From Octopus vulgaris (lineage: Eukaryota): a stretch of 64,000 nt of DNA. Both the position numbers and the translations under genes were made by a program. Positions within the stretch are counted from its first letter, which is position 1, and each line of letters starts with the position of its first letter. Positions 11,501-25,367 of the stretch are shown here, one piece after another. Location: contig OX597823.1 in assembly GCA_951406725.2 (NCBI GenBank), positions 48,856,001-48,920,000 of the forward strand. Reading direction: 5' to 3'. The notes under the pieces are model-generated. The model was not told the origin of the DNA and made no database searches. It worked only from the letters and a program-made list of their open reading frames with translations.

Positions 11501-12308
11501 CTTTATATATATAAAACTGAGAATGTGTGTCTGTCTGTGTGTTTCCCTAAAACTTGAGAACTACACAACCAATTTCATTCAAATTTTACACATGCCTTAC
11601 TTAGGGTCTGGGGAGTGTTATGGGCAAAGAAAATGTTAAACTTCTTGCCTAGAGCGAGATGATAGCAATATCATATCTTCTCCACTATTTCAGTATTACG
11701 TGTTAAAAGTGAAACAAAAACGTTTCTCTATTTTATGTCAGATACTTTCACTTTAACAATAAAAATAATAATCACAATTGAATTATATGTAAACAAAAGT
11801 AAAAATAGCAATTGGTATAAAATTGCATCAATGATTTGGACTTGAATAAGTGGTTTCACATGAATGGGAATAAATTAAAAATAAAATTAGCATGCAGAAA
11901 TGGAATAGTCCAGATGGATAATAAAAAATTAAATAAAAAAAAGACTATTGTCTATAAAGTATACAATGTAGAGAAAAAAGAAGATTTGAACACAAGGAGG
12001 AAAGCACCTTCGAAAAGTGTCTTGGTGCGACTATGAAAGATATCTAACCAGAGGCGGTAAATTCGCCACAATAGAAGCAAGGTTCAAGTCAACGGAGTGT
12101 GCAAAGGAGTACTCGACTCGAACTTGCAAAGTGGAAGTATTTTATTTTTACCTTTATATCTGGGACGTAGGACGTCCTGGAAAAAAATTTTAAATGCTCC
12201 CCCCCCCCCTAGAAGTAGAGGTAGGCTGGATTGTAGCCACACTTCTATACAAGAGGGAGGACAAGATACAATTGATCGAAATTACAAGAGACGGGCTAAC
12301 AATTCCAG
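11500..12308 (+). mobile_element. Non-autonomous Helitron (third family)
   Basis: A|TCTTTATATATATAAAACTGAGAATGTGTGTCTGTCTG start; probable decayed 3' end ACGGGCTAACAATTCCAG|T near 12291-12309; the 3' limit could instead be 12485. Confidence 0.65.
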
Positions 12309-12444
12309 TCTGTTATATATTTTGAGTATTGTTATCACCAGCCATATCAAGATATAACTTTGTATTTTGTATTTTATGTGTAGATGTATATATATATAGA
12401 TGTACATGTAATATGTACACATATATATACACATATATACATGC

Positions 12445-12486
12445 ACTAGCACTATGACCCGGCAACGACGGGTCTTTAATGCTTGT
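12445..12486. mobile_element. Mini-element made of two opposed Helitron-like 3' ends sharing one hairpin
   Basis: A-CTAG-cactat-GACCCG-gcaacga-CGGGTC-tttaatg-CTTG-T, set in a TA/CA microsatellite. Confidence 0.6.
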
Positions 12487-12527
12487 ATATGTATATATAC
12501 ATATATGTATATACACGTATGTATATA

Positions 12528-12596
<69 letters not shown>

Positions 12597-12818
12597 ATGT
12601 GTATATACATAGACATATTTACACGGAAATAAATGGGATAGTAAAATAAAACTATAATTAGAGCAAGATATATGTTAAAGAGATGCAATATAAAAGATTT
12701 CTGGTTAGTTTGAGATATATGACAGTTATGTTCATTGACGATGATCACACAATGTGAAGACAAGGAGACACATCTATATATACATTCTTACATGCACGCA
12801 CATATAGATATGTATATA

Positions 12819-13658
12819 CAAGGTGTTTGAGCTAAAATTGATGAACTTTTATGCCTACTTTTTTCAGGATCGGCTTGAAGTATTGGTAAACAACCAACAG
12901 TATTGGAGAGCATAAAGATTAAAGTTGTAGTTGAGAAAAAGTTATCTAATGTGGAGCACTGGAAGTCAACTGGACACTGGATCATGATTTGTGCTGGGTA
13001 TTAAAATGCCAACATGATGACTTCTGTGCAATCCTCTGTGAACACTGTAAAGGCTGAAAGACATGGTATGAACAGCTCCAACAGAGACCACAAAGCCATG
13101 GCAGGAAGGGACACAGCAGGCATTCTCACTTTGTCTGTATGTCAGAATTCATCTTTGAACAGGGATTTAGGCTCAATTCAGATGGCTGTGTGAATGTGCT
13201 GGAGACTGTGGTCCAAATCCTGGCTGGAGGGAATTTCTGCTGGAGAGAGTGGCCGGTAGTAAGATTTGGCTTCTTGCCAAGTGGTTGTTCCAGAACTTCT
13301 AAAACTTCACTAGCCCCAAATTTCTGGCCTTCTCATTTCCCCAATTAAAATCCCATGGGGCATGGTTGATAAAGACACCAACTGCTCTGCCTGAAACGCC
13401 GAGGCCAAGCTGGCAGTCAAGATCAAGGAGGTGTTCAAATATTTTCCCAGTGACACAATGAAGAATGCATGCACCAAATTCTGGAGCCATCTTGAGGCTG
13501 TAGAGAAAGCTGAGGGTGGCTACCTTCAGTAAACTGATATCTCTCAGTCATAATCTAGTTGACATTTTTTGATTTTTGAAAATACTTTTATTTTTGAATG
13601 GAATATGGCATTTTCTTTTCTTTTTATGCAAATTGTCAAATTGCGCTTGAACACACTG
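12819..13658 (+). mobile_element. Tc1/mariner (maT-like) deletion derivative
   Basis: TA-flanked imperfect TIRs CAAGGTGTTTGAGCTAAAATTGA / TCAAATTGCGCTTGAACACACTG; transposase scraps (GFRLNSD..VLETVV, NFWP, LEAVEKAEGGY). Confidence 0.75.
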
Positions 13659-13830
13659 TATGTGATGAGCTTCTTCCAGTTTCTGTTGAAGAATTTTATT
13701 TACAAGACTTAGGTTGGCTGAGTGTTATAGGAGACACTTGCCCAAGGTGTCATGCACTGAAACAAAAAAAAAAAATGAGGTTGAGAAGTAAGCTTCTTAA
13801 CTACACAGCTAAGCTTGTGACTAATACATG

Positions 13831-13887
<57 letters not shown>

Positions 13888-14084
13888 GTGTGTGTATATA
13901 AAATAAAGGCATGGCTGTGTGGCAAGAAGCTTGCTTCCCAACCACATTATACTGGGTTTAGTACTCCTGATTGACACCTTGGTCAGGTGTCTTCTGCTGT
14001 AACTCTAAGCTGATCTAGGCCTTGCGAGTGGAGGATTTGATAGAAAGAAAATGAAAGTAGCCTATCATATCATCATCATCATCA

Positions 14085-14492
14085 TCATTGTTTAATGTCC
14101 GCTTTCCATGCTAGCATGGGTTGGACGATTAGAAGGCGGCGAGCTGGCAGAGACGTTAGTATGCCGGGCGAAGTGCTTCGCGGTATTTCGCCCGTCGCTA
14201 CGTTCTGAGTTCAAATTCCGCCAAGGTCGACTTTGCCTTTCATCTTTTCGGGGTCGATAAATTAAGTATCAGTTACACACTGGGGTCTATGTAATCGACT
14301 TAATCCCTTTGTCTGTCCTTGTTTGTCCCCTCTATGTTTAGCCCTTTGTGGGTAATAAAGAAACAGATTTGACTGAGGACTGGCGAACCAGATGGCTGTA
14401 CCAGGCTCCAATCTTGATCTGGCAAGAGTTTCTACAGCTGAATGCCCTTCCTAATGCCAACCACTCCGAGAGTGTAGTGGGTGCTTTTACGT
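14085..14492 (-). mobile_element. (GAT)n-tailed SINE-like repeat, interrupted by a nested SINE
   Basis: (CAT)n-TTTAATGTCCGCTTTCCATGCTAGCATGGGTTGG..ATGCCCTTCCTAATGCCAACC; same family at 18390-18560, 21098-21380, 33562-33785, 45375-45525 and 57716-58025. Confidence 0.8.
14133..14363 (+). mobile_element. Full-length tRNA-derived SINE (Meta-domain-like family)
   Basis: GGCGGCGAGCTGGCAGA head; B-box-like GAGTTCAAATTCC; CTTTCATC..GGGGTCGATAAATTAAGT core; AATAAAGAAA tail; CpG-rich, so probably young. Confidence 0.88.
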
Positions 14493-15128
14493 CTCATATA
14501 TATATACACACACACACATATATATATACACACATACATACACATACATACATACATACATACATACATACATACATACATACATACATACATACATACA
14601 TACATACATACATACATACATGTGTGTGTGTGCATGTGAGCACATCTGATCTGGTGAGAATTGTAATAATTTGTTGTGACAACGATGTTGGGTGGGTGTT
14701 ATTTAATAGAGGCAGCCACAGTGGTTATAAGTAAGTAGAAGTAAGAGTATGTTGGCAAAGAATTTATATATTTTTGGAGACTGAAATTGGAAAAAATATC
14801 CTGAAGGATGTAATGCAAATGCTTAGTGTACATAACCATCATTTGCTAAATATTATCTTCAATAATTTCAACTTTCAAAAAGTCACTGATATGCTCCAAC
14901 TGTGGAACGACATCAAAGATATAATTTATAATCAGTACAGTATTTATATTATTCATAAAGATATATATACACATGCACACACACACGCACACACATATAT
15001 ATGTATAAATATATGTATACGTACATATATATATATATATATATGTATATGTATGTGTGTATGTATGTATGAATGTATGTATGTTCACACACACACATTA
15101 TTATTGTTATTATCATCATCATCACTAC

Positions 15129-15188
<60 letters not shown>

Positions 15189-15189
15189 A

Positions 15190-15725
15190 GAAGACGTTGC
15201 CCAGTACCCAGTATTGTAACGTTGTAGGTTGAAGATATTGTGTGTACCGAAGGTCTGCACTGTCTATCAAATCATAACAAGGACCTCAAACAAACAGTAC
15301 TTTACACAGTATGTGTGCAGTTCCAAGTAAAGCCAATTTTTACAATACACCAAGATCGTAGGGTATTTCTAAAGATTCCAGATCTTTCTTCAGATTGGGT
15401 GGTATTGAACCCAATACTCCGATGACAATAGGGACAGCCTTTATGTTTGACTTATGCAGCTGCCACATCTTGGCAATCTCAATTTTTATGTCTCCATATT
15501 TGTCAAATTTTGCTCATTTTAACTTGATAATATGTTGATCTCCTGGCCCTGCCACATCGATTATTACACACTCTTGTTTGTCGCTCCTAAAGATTACCAT
15601 ATCTGGCCTTCTGTGCTCTAACACCTTGTCTGTCGGGAAGTCCAATTCCTAGAGGATCTTTGCTTTCCCGTTTTTGTCCATTACCTTTTCTGGTGCATGT
15701 TGGTACCAAGCACCCATTACCTTGT
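15190..15725 (-). mobile_element. R4/Dong-like LINE 3' fragment with restriction-like endonuclease
   Basis: WYQHAPEKV..TDKVLEHRRPDMVIF..CVIIDVAGPGD..KFDKY..VPIVIGVLG..LLGTAHIL; in-frame stops; 3' end abuts an (AAT/GAT)n tract. Confidence 0.9.
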
Positions 15726-15744
15726 ATCCAGGCTAATAATCTAT

Positions 15745-16122
15745 ACCATTATTATTATTTTTCCTTCTTTCTTCAAACTTTCTTCCGTTTCTCGACGAGT
15801 GTTTTCCATACACCTAGGGCAGAGAAGCTCATGTATGCATTCCCAGATTACACAGACAAATTTACAGGTAAAATATGTATTTAAAAAATTAAGGAATAAA
15901 TAAATTCATGATAATGCTCTTCTCAGTACATGAGCCGTTCCAGTTAACACAAGCTTTTGCAATTCCTGTAGGGATGATAAGCTTGGTATCATTTTCAAAT
16001 AGGTTTCAGTACCTTTTTTTTTATCATCCCTAGTGATCCTACAATCACTGGTACTGTAGTCGCCTTGAGATGCCCCATTTTTTCAATTTCTATTAGCAAG
16101 TCTTTATATTTACTAATCTTGT
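15745..16122 (-). mobile_element. R4/Dong-like LINE 3' fragment (same subfamily as 54437-54957)
   Basis: KISKYKDLLIEIEK..HLKATTVPVIVGSLGMIKK..LVLTGTAHVLRRALS plus shared 3' UTR; (TTA)n on both sides. Confidence 0.9.
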
Positions 16123-16125
16123 AAT

Positions 16126-16179
<54 letters not shown>

Positions 16180-16182
16180 GTC

Positions 16183-16405
16183 AAGGTAGCAAACTGGTAG
16201 GATCATTAGTATGCATGCTAAGCAAAATACTTAGCAGCATTTCATCCATCCTTATGTTCTGAGTTCAAATTTCACTGAGATTGATTTTGCCTTTCATCCT
16301 TTTGAGACTAATAAAATAAGTACCTGTTATGAACTGGAGTTGATGTAATTGACTAGCCCCCTCCATCAAAGTTTCAGGCTTTGTGGCTATAGTAGAAAGG
16401 ATTAT
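16183..16405 (+). mobile_element. Meta-domain-like SINE copy
   Basis: GAGTTCAAAT..TTTGCCTTTCATCC..ATAAAATAAGTACC; further copies at 9760-9910(-), 17870-18000(-), 18960-19092(-), 19155-19345(-), 46035-46240(-) and 48231-48450(+). Confidence 0.8.
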
Positions 16406-16614
16406 TATTATTGTTGTTGCTGTTGTTATTATTATTATTAACTTTTGCTTGTTTCAGTCATTGGACTGCAGCCATGGTAACATACTACCTTGTAAGGTTT
16501 AGTTAGACAAACCAACACTAGTACTTTCTTTAAAGCTTAGTACCTATTCTATTGATATCTTTTGCTGGACCACTAAATTACAGGGACATAAACAAACCAA
16601 GACCAGTGCTCCCT

Positions 16615-16980
16615 CATGGTTCGGGGTTCACTCCCTCTGTGTGTCACCTTGTGTGTCTTCTACTATAACCCCAGGCTAACCAATGCCTTGTGAGTAGATT
16701 TGTAGACGGAAACTGTAAGAAGTCGATTGTGTGTGTGTGTGTGTGTATGTTTGTATATCTTTGTGTGTATGTCTTTGTGTATGTGCCTGACCCACCACCA
16801 CCACCACCATCACCACTTAACAACTGGTGTTTGTTTATACCGCCCATAACTTAGCTAGCAATTTGGCAAAAGTGATTGATAGAATAAATACAAGGATTTA
16901 AAAAGAAAATAAGTACTGGGGTCAATTTATTCCACTAAAAACCCTTCGTGGCTGCAAAAAATAAAAGACACACACACACA
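16615..16980 (+). mobile_element. CORE-like SINE copy, nested between opposite-strand halves (16440-16610, 17190-17310)
   Basis: Matches 43130-43480 in order. Confidence 0.75.
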
Positions 16981-17051
16981 CATACACACACATACACATA
17001 TATATATATAACAAGACAAAAAGTTGAAAATTCATTAGTATTATTTATTCA

Positions 17052-17152
17052 CTATTACACATATTTCATTTGCTAAAAGGAGTTACAGAGTTTTACATGT
17101 TATAGTTACAGTTTTATATGTAAGAAATTTCATATTAGAAATTCTTCAGAGA
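17052..17152 (-). ncRNA. Degenerate hammerhead-like motif
   Basis: Minus strand CTGAAGA-attt..aaat-GAAAT-atgt-GTA; stem I is poor; lies in a TA/CA tract. Confidence 0.3.
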
Positions 17153-19093
17153 AATTAAATAATGTATATAACACACACACACACACACACGACAACTTTC
17201 CTGGGTTTCCCCTCTACCAAATCCACTCTCTGGGCTTTGGTTAGCCCAAGGCTCTGAAGCCAAGACCACATGAGGGCTGGAAGGCAAGTTTCTTAATCAT
17301 GAGACACCTACTATACTTTGTTTACTGGGACTGTGGGTTCAAGCCTTACATACTACTCACTGAAATGAAAACAAAGCTCCAATGCAGAATATTAAGATTT
17401 GTTGATGTGTTACTAATATAATCTTATCATAGCAAAATAATATCACAGACAGATTATCACTTCAATTTCATTTTCCAACAGTTTTAAAGTAATTTTAATA
17501 ACATAGCCCCAATAGAGAAGCAAAGAGAAGTGAAAGAATATTTTCTCAAGTGCTATAATGTTTAGTTCTTTCTTTAGTGCATTCACTTCTTGATGGAAAG
17601 ATAAAATCAGAGAGTATCTCCCAAGCTAGAAGAGGTGACAAATGTATAACAAAGAATATTGTTTTCAAAGATGTTCTCTCTTAAGACTATGCTTTATGTG
17701 CTGCCTATGTGGATTTTACATCATCTCAAGAAATAAATTTTCAGAAAAAATAGAATTTCAAAAAGAAATTATGTATTTCATAGTTCTCTGTAAACTTTCA
17801 CCAATATTATAATTTGCAAAATTGCCATGGAAATTCCATGGATACTACAAATGAATAACAATTCTATCTAATTTTGGCACAAGGCTGGAAATTTTCAAGA
17901 GGAGTTGGTTGCATTGATTCCCTGTGTTCAGCTGCTATGTATCTTTTCAACCCCAAAAGGATGAAAGGCAAAGTTGAACTCAGCAGAATTTGAATGTAAA
18001 GATCTGGAAGATATATGCAACAGAAGAAACACTAAAATAACATCTGAAACAACAAATTAAACCCTGCAGTAAACTGATGTAATATACTGACACAGGTCAA
18101 CAACAGTGGCTTAGAATAAGATATGTGACTGATGGTAAGGGTATTTTTAGCACCTCATTTTAATTAACAGGTATGTTAAGAGAAAAGTTTGCGTCTCTTC
18201 ATGATCTACATTTGAGAATGTTTGTACCCAGGGAAAACTGCTTCTAAGGATGACTGTACCCAGAGGCAGCTTTTTCCCATCATTCCCTTTCCCTTCATTC
18301 ACTATAATTTTAGTCAAAACCTTAAAGAAACAATACTGCATATACAAGGACAATCACCTGATGTTGTGATAGAAACTTGCATGAAGCTCATCATCATTTA
18401 ATGCTTGTCTTCTAGGCTGGTATGTGCTGCAGGGTTTGACAGGACCCAAAGAACTGGAGGACTGCATTAAAGTCTAAGGTCTACTTTGGCATGGTTTTTG
18501 CAGCTGGATGCCCATCTTGATGCCAACCACTTTACAGAGTGTATGTATTAGGTGCTATTTCTCATAATACCAACCCCTAGTGAGGTTACAAAATTACATG
18601 CAAGACAAAAGAAAAAGAAGAATCGCATCAAGTGAGTAGCATTGTAGTAGATGAGGTGAGGCTTTTAGGCCAAGTGATGAGAGACAGGGACAAGTGTTTT
18701 GCTCTAGAAGGGATACATGGTTACCATGAATTATATAGGAGTGGGTAGGAGTTACTGGAAATTAGATAAAGATGCTGGTGACAAGGTGTCAGAGCATAGT
18801 TTCAAGGTATAAAGAAGAGAGAGGCTACTGACCGTGGATGGAGAAGTATGGATGGATAAGTTCAAAGGAGTGTGAAAGGTAAGTGACAGATGGTTAGAGT
18901 AGGAAAAAAGGTTAATGTACAGGATGATGTACAATGGTGGAAGTGTGGTCAATGGTAAGTATCAGTATTGATCCTGAAAGGATAAAAGGCAAAGTCAACC
19001 TTGGCAGAACTTGAACTCAGGATGTAAAGATAGATGAGATGCCACTTAACATTTTGCTGAGTATGCTAACAATTCTGCCAGCTCACCACCTTC

Positions 19094-19155
<62 letters not shown>

Positions 19156-19345
19156 CCTTTCTATTAAAGGCATAAGCCTGAAATTTGGGTCAGGGTTATA
19201 GTTGATTACATCAACCTGAATACTCAACTGGTACTTATTTTATTGATCGTGAAAAGACAAAAGGCAACGTTGACCTTGGCAGAATTTGAGCTCAGAACAT
19301 AAAGATAGGCGGAATACTGCTAAGCATTTCATCGAGCATGCTAAC

Positions 19346-19380
<35 letters not shown>

Positions 19381-20608
19381 CAACATCAACATACTATAAC
19401 TACATCAAAAAGCAATAATAATTAGAAGGTCTTCATTTGACCCAAGGATGATGACTGGGGTTTATCAAAAGATGGGTTGCAAATTAAATAGACATTTGAT
19501 GTGTGGAAAAAAAACCCTCCCAAAACCTGATGAAAATATATGATGTTTATGCCTCAAAATGGGGAAAATTGGTTAAAGCAAAATATAACGCCCCAAAAAT
19601 CTCTATATTCCTTTTAACATTAAGACATGTATATTCCTTTCTACTAGGAAATTACTAATGAAAATTTTGCTTGAAATCATCCAGTTATGCTAGACTCAGT
19701 ATTCTACAAAACTTTCACTAAACCTGCAGGAAGGTAAAACTTCAGTCTTCAATGCTCACTCTTGCATTCTACTGATGATTGAAACAATTGATAAGAGCAT
19801 GGCTGAAGAAGAAAGTATCTGTTCTCAGGTATTAAAGTCTTGTCCTCTGCACTAGCTTTTTTGTTATGGTCATCAAACAGAAGAACGTGAATCACTTGTC
19901 CTACCATAAACATTTTTGCCATGGAAAAATTTGCCACAAGAAATTCCACTGTAAAAGAGACTCAACTTAAGCAGGCTATAAACTGTGTTCTAATTAATTT
20001 TAAAGAAATTACCTTTCTCTAATTGGTTAGTTGATGAAGTTGTTATGTTAAAAAAAACAGCTAATTTTTTTTTTGCAATTTATTTTATTTTACAGTGAAT
20101 TTTCCTACAGCAAAAATGTTTACATGGAATTTCCTATAATTGTCCTCACTAAAGGAAGATGGCTGGATGATCTATACAATGGATTCAGCTGACAGCTGTA
20201 TTCATTATGAATGTATGAACAGGTTTCCAGTATAACACCAATTTACACTTGAATACTGAATCAATGTTGGCAGAATGGTTTTCGTCTTCACTGCATCTCA
20301 GATAATCTCAGTTGACAGCACCACTATGACTTAAGAGTTCATCTCAAACTGATATCATTATGGCACTATGGCAACTAAGGAAGTTACTGTTAACACCTGA
20401 GCTGAAATTCCTATAGAAGAATCTATTCACATAGTACTTGCTGGCATCCAAGGATTGTACCCAGACTATTGTTGCTCATACTGTCTGTTAACTCTCTGTA
20501 GAACGTTAGTGTGGATGTTCTATTGATAGCATTACTCAACTGGCAGAATGCAATGAACAACTGACAACCTTCAAGTTACCAGAAGCCTAACATTAATCTG
20601 TGTTGTCC

Positions 20609-20698
20609 CAAGAGATCAGTGAGAAAGACAAGGTCAAGAGATCAGTAAGAAAGACAAGGTCAAGAGATCAGTAAGAAAGACAAGGTCAAGAGATCAGT
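20609..20698 (+). repeat. 26-bp tandem repeat, 3.5 copies
   Basis: CAAGAGATCAGT(A/G)AGAAAGACAAGGT. Confidence 0.95.
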
Positions 20699-21384
20699 CA
20701 AAGAGACGAGCTGTGGAAAGAAGAATCTCACAAACCATGATACTCCCCACCAGCTACACTTGTTGATCATCATCATTCTCCAGGAATCTCTGCAAATGTA
20801 GCAGACTCAACAGATGTCAACACATTATCAACCATGGCCTCTTATATGGACAGTGAGAGCAAATGGGTCTCCTGACCAGTGGAATTTCTCTTTCCTTTAA
20901 CAAGAAGCAAAATAAAAGTATATATAAAGTATGTATGTATATATGTACATGCATAAGTATACATGCATACATACATACATAAATACACACACATGCACAC
21001 ATACTCACACACACACACACATATGCACATGCACATGCACACGTGCATGCGTGAGTGTGCACACACAGACACACGCACGCACACACACACACACATATCA
21101 TCATCATCCTCCTCATCATCATCCTCATCATCATCATCATCAGCAGCAGCAGCAGCATTTAACATCTGTTTTCCATGCTGGCATGGGTTGAATGGTTTGA
21201 AAGGAGCTAGCAGGCTGGAGAGCTGCACCAGGTATCGATTGTCTGTTTCGGTAAAATTCCTATGGCTGGATACCCTTCCTAATGCCAACCACTTTACAGA
21301 GTATACTGGATGGTTTTATGTGGAACCAACATGGGAGCTGCTTATGTGGCACCACCACAAGTGCTTTTTAAATGGCACCAGTAT

Positions 21385-21656
<272 letters not shown>

Positions 21657-22364
21657 TACATTATGTGTGTGTATTGTTAAAGATATGGCCATTCTGAGGT
21701 CTTGTCAGCAGAAAAATGGAAATATAAATATATCTTAATGTCTAAGTTGGTTTCAGAGCAAGATTAAATGTTTCTGCAATATTTCCTGAATTCTGTTTAT
21801 GTATTGGATAAACTGTCATTTTGTAGCATTTGGGTCAAAGAGAAATCAGATTAAACAATCTATTGACAATCTCAAAAAATATGATATAAAGCAAAGCTGT
21901 ATAAAATGAAAAAAGAATCACTGCGGTGACATTTCAACAGTGAATGAGCCTTTCAAATCAATCAAGAAAACAAACTGTTTTTCTCAATGATTTGAATAAT
22001 TTTTAACATGTCAGCATATTGGAATAATATTGGATTTTGCAGCTCTTAAGCTAGCATATACAGAACATATTTGAATAGAAATAATGGCTACCTATTTTGT
22101 CTTTCAGTCTGAGAGTACTGGATTTTGTTTCTTTATTCATTAGTGGAATGAATAAAGATGTTGTTACCGCTGATTAGCCCTCAGTTCAATTTGATTTCAA
22201 TAGATCTTTGATCAAAGCATTTTAGCTGTGATCATCAGGCTTTCTATTCTGATATAGTGTAATCATAAAACTAAATTACACTGTGTAACACGATTTTTTG
22301 TTCTTGGGTAACAACTGTTATTTTATTTATTTACCCTTGAAAGTATGAAAAATGGCTAATATTT

Positions 22365-22672
22365 CCTTCAAACTTTGCTTTTGTTACATTTATTCAAACC
22401 CCATAGAATCCCTCTCAATACATGGCTATGATGTTCCCCCACTACTCTTGCTCATGATCAGAGATGCATATATTGTCAGCCACTGAGGGACAGGCTCAAG
22501 TGGTTAAGGTCAAGCAACTGACTAGCAAATCTGTGGTATGGAGCAGAATATTTGCTATAACGATATTTCTGCTTTGGCAACTTAGCACTCAGTCTGTCTG
22601 AAATGTAATGGAAAATAGGTCAGTTTCAAATCATTGATGTCCAGATTGCAACAAAAGCAAAGTTTGAAGGGA
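22365..22672. mobile_element. Unclassified repeat bounded by ~25-bp inverted repeats
   Basis: CCTTCAAACTTTGCTTTTGTT at about 22366 and AACAAAAGCAAAGTTTGAAGG at about 22650. Confidence 0.5.
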
Positions 22673-22921
22673 ATAAACAGAAGCAAATAGGAAATAACAC
22701 TTACTGACCAAAGACAAAAAATAAATAAAAATAAAAATTTTGTTACACACCGGATAATTATCCATTCTGCCCTTCCATTGTTTTAAAACCTGGTACTTAT
22801 TCTATCACTCTCTGTTACTGGTTAAGTTATGAAGGACATAAACAAACCGACATCGGTTGTCAAATGGTGGTGTGTCAAATACATACACAAAGCCACACAC
22901 ACCTAAATATACAAACATATA

Positions 22922-24631
22922 CAGGATGTGATGGGTAAATTGTTGCCATTTTATATTCTCAATTTCGTGCATGCACATTGTTTGTCTTTGATTTTGTTGA
23001 CTACACAGTATAGTAGGGTCAGTTGGGCACCATCTGTGAGAAAAACAGCACCATGATACAATTCCACAAATTTGGTAACTACACACTGTTTTCATCATCA
23101 TTGTTTGACCGTGGTCGAGACAATGGAATTTACCATGCTACACCAGACTTCAAGGTCCATCATGGCATTACGGAGGTCCTGTTGCTGGATGCCTGTATCC
23201 CTGGAGATTACATCAGGGTAGGAGATTGTGTGCCCTCTGGTATTGCGAGTAGATGGCTTCCAGAGGAGAAGAGTAGAAATTACCTCTTTTTCAGCTCTAC
23301 AACAATGTCCAGCAAACTGGACTCTCTTACCTTTCACAAGAGATGACACAGGTGGTAGTTTCCCATATATTTGCATTTTGGTTGGATGGTGCTTCCACGA
23401 GAGATTTTGAGCTCTCATAAGGAGGTGAGTGTAGGTTCCATCCAACCGCCTCTCAAGCTTCTTTGATAACATCCAGGTTTCTGAGCCATATAGTAGAATT
23501 GGTTCGACTGTGGCTTTGAAGATTTCAAGTTTGAAGTCTCTACTTAGATTTGATGACCAGATCTTATGCATGTCATTAGAGGGCTGACCAGGCCATACCC
23601 TTTCTAGTTAGAAAGTCTTTTCCAGATGATGATATGTATGACTCAAGATATTTGTAATCAGAAACCATATTTAAGGGTGCATTGTTGAGAGTATGGATGA
23701 TGCAATCACTGTTGGACAGGCACTTGTTTATGTATTCAGTCTTGGCCTCATTGAGGTAAAGACCTACACAATTTGAGGCTTGTTCAAGAGATTGTAAAAG
23801 AGACTGGGCATTGGAGAGAGAATCACTGATAAGAGCGATGTTGTCAGCAAAGTCAGTGTCTGTCAAGTACTCAGCTGGGTATCTGGAACTTCTTCTTGGT
23901 TTTATTTCAAAGCCCTTGCCAGAGATGGTATCAACTAACATACGTAGCACATAATCAACACACTGTACTGCTTGGCATTCATGCTGGAAGCTTCAATATG
24001 GACATTTCAGAGAGTTTGAGTGTCAATCTGAGGACATGCATAGAGTGATAACAATTAAAATCCAGTCAACATCATGGTGTTTGGAGTGATCACTTCAGAT
24101 TTAACATGGAGGCCAACATCAAGTACATGAAGGAAGTAGTGCTGCCCTGGATCAACAGAATGGCTGCTGGAAGACACAATGTCTGGCAACAGGACTCTGC
24201 ACCATGCTGCACAAGCAGGAGAACCCAGTCATGGCTGTCAGACAATTTCTGCAACCACACCACCATTAACATCTGGCTGCCTAATTCCCCAGACTGCAAC
24301 CTCCTTGATTATTATGTATAGGGTGCAGTAGAGTGAGAGACCAACAAAACTCCTTGTAACACCAAAGATGAACTGAAGGCAAGTATTATGGCAGCATTTA
24401 CCAACTTAATCAAGGAGCTGTCCAGAAGATTCTGAAGTCATCTGGAGGCCATAGTTGAAGTCAATGGGGATTTTATAGAATAAATTTATTCTTTATTATT
24501 TCAAGATATTTTTATATAATTTTGGTAAATATGATAAATATTGGTAAATATGGTAAATATTTTGGTAAAAATGATATGTCACTGTTATTTTCATTTTTGC
24601 ATAATTTAGATGACAGTTTATTCACCACACC
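22922..24631 (+). mobile_element. DD37D (maT/mori) Tc1/mariner remnant, interrupted by an RTE
   Basis: TA-CAGGATGTGATGGGTAAATTG left TIR; WQQDSAP...NSPDCNLLDYYV with 37 residues between the two Asp; right TIR truncated. Confidence 0.88.
23090..23957 (-). mobile_element. 5'-truncated RTE-clade LINE
   Basis: TDTDFADNIAL (FADD), VGLYLNEAKTE, YKYL, EPILLYGSETW, FAGHC; (TGA)n tail; 9-bp TSD ACACACTGT at 23081-23089 and 23958-23966. Confidence 0.93.
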
Positions 24632-25090
24632 TTTGGTTTGTCTGAGACACTTGCCCAAGGTGCCATGCATTGGGAGTGAACCCAGAACCATATGGTTGGG
24701 AAGTAAACTTCTTATCACACAGCCATGCCATATATTTTATGCTTTGCTGTGTGTGTATGTGTGTGTGTGTGTGTGTGTGCGCGATCGTGTGTGTGTGTGT
24801 ATGTGTGCGCGCACGCATGTGTGTGTGTATGTGTGTGTGTATGTGCGTGTGTATTTGTGAAAGTAGTGAGAATAACCAATTTAATATTCTGAATAGGTTG
24901 TCACTTTTTTAATGAGAGACTAATAGTCTAAGGACGACTTGTCAATTCTTTATCAGATTTTATATTATATTTTGATTACTTTTATTTGTTTTTTTTTTAT
25001 TACTTTAATTTTGTTTACTGCTGTCCCAGAGATAACTTACAATGAGTTTAGTTGTCTTTCTTCCTTGATTTATACACCTTATACATGCAT

Positions 25091-25367
25091 TCCCAGACTA
25101 GGCTGTGTGTTGTGTTCTTGAGCAAGACACTTTATTTCAAATTACTCTACTCACTCAACTGTAGAAATAAGTTCCCAAGTCACTGGTACCAAGCTGTAGC
25201 AGCTTGGTTAACAATGGTGGTGAGGAGAGGAGAGGCTAGTATTCATGGGTGACTGCTGGTCTTCCATAAAAACCTTGCCTGGACTTTTACCTTAGACAGT
25301 AACTTTCAAGGTGCAATACCATGGTCATTCATGACCAAAGAGGGTCTTGACCCTTTTTTTTCTTTTT
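25091..25367 (+). mobile_element. 5'-truncated SINE with 16-bp TSD
   Basis: GTGTTCTTGAGCAAGACACTT domain; TSD CACCTTATACATGCAT at 25075-25090 and 25368-25383. Confidence 0.8.

Noticed and set aside
20609-20698. Short direct repeats as a CRISPR array (also 59032, 62967)
   Set aside because: No spacers, no cas genes, eukaryotic context.
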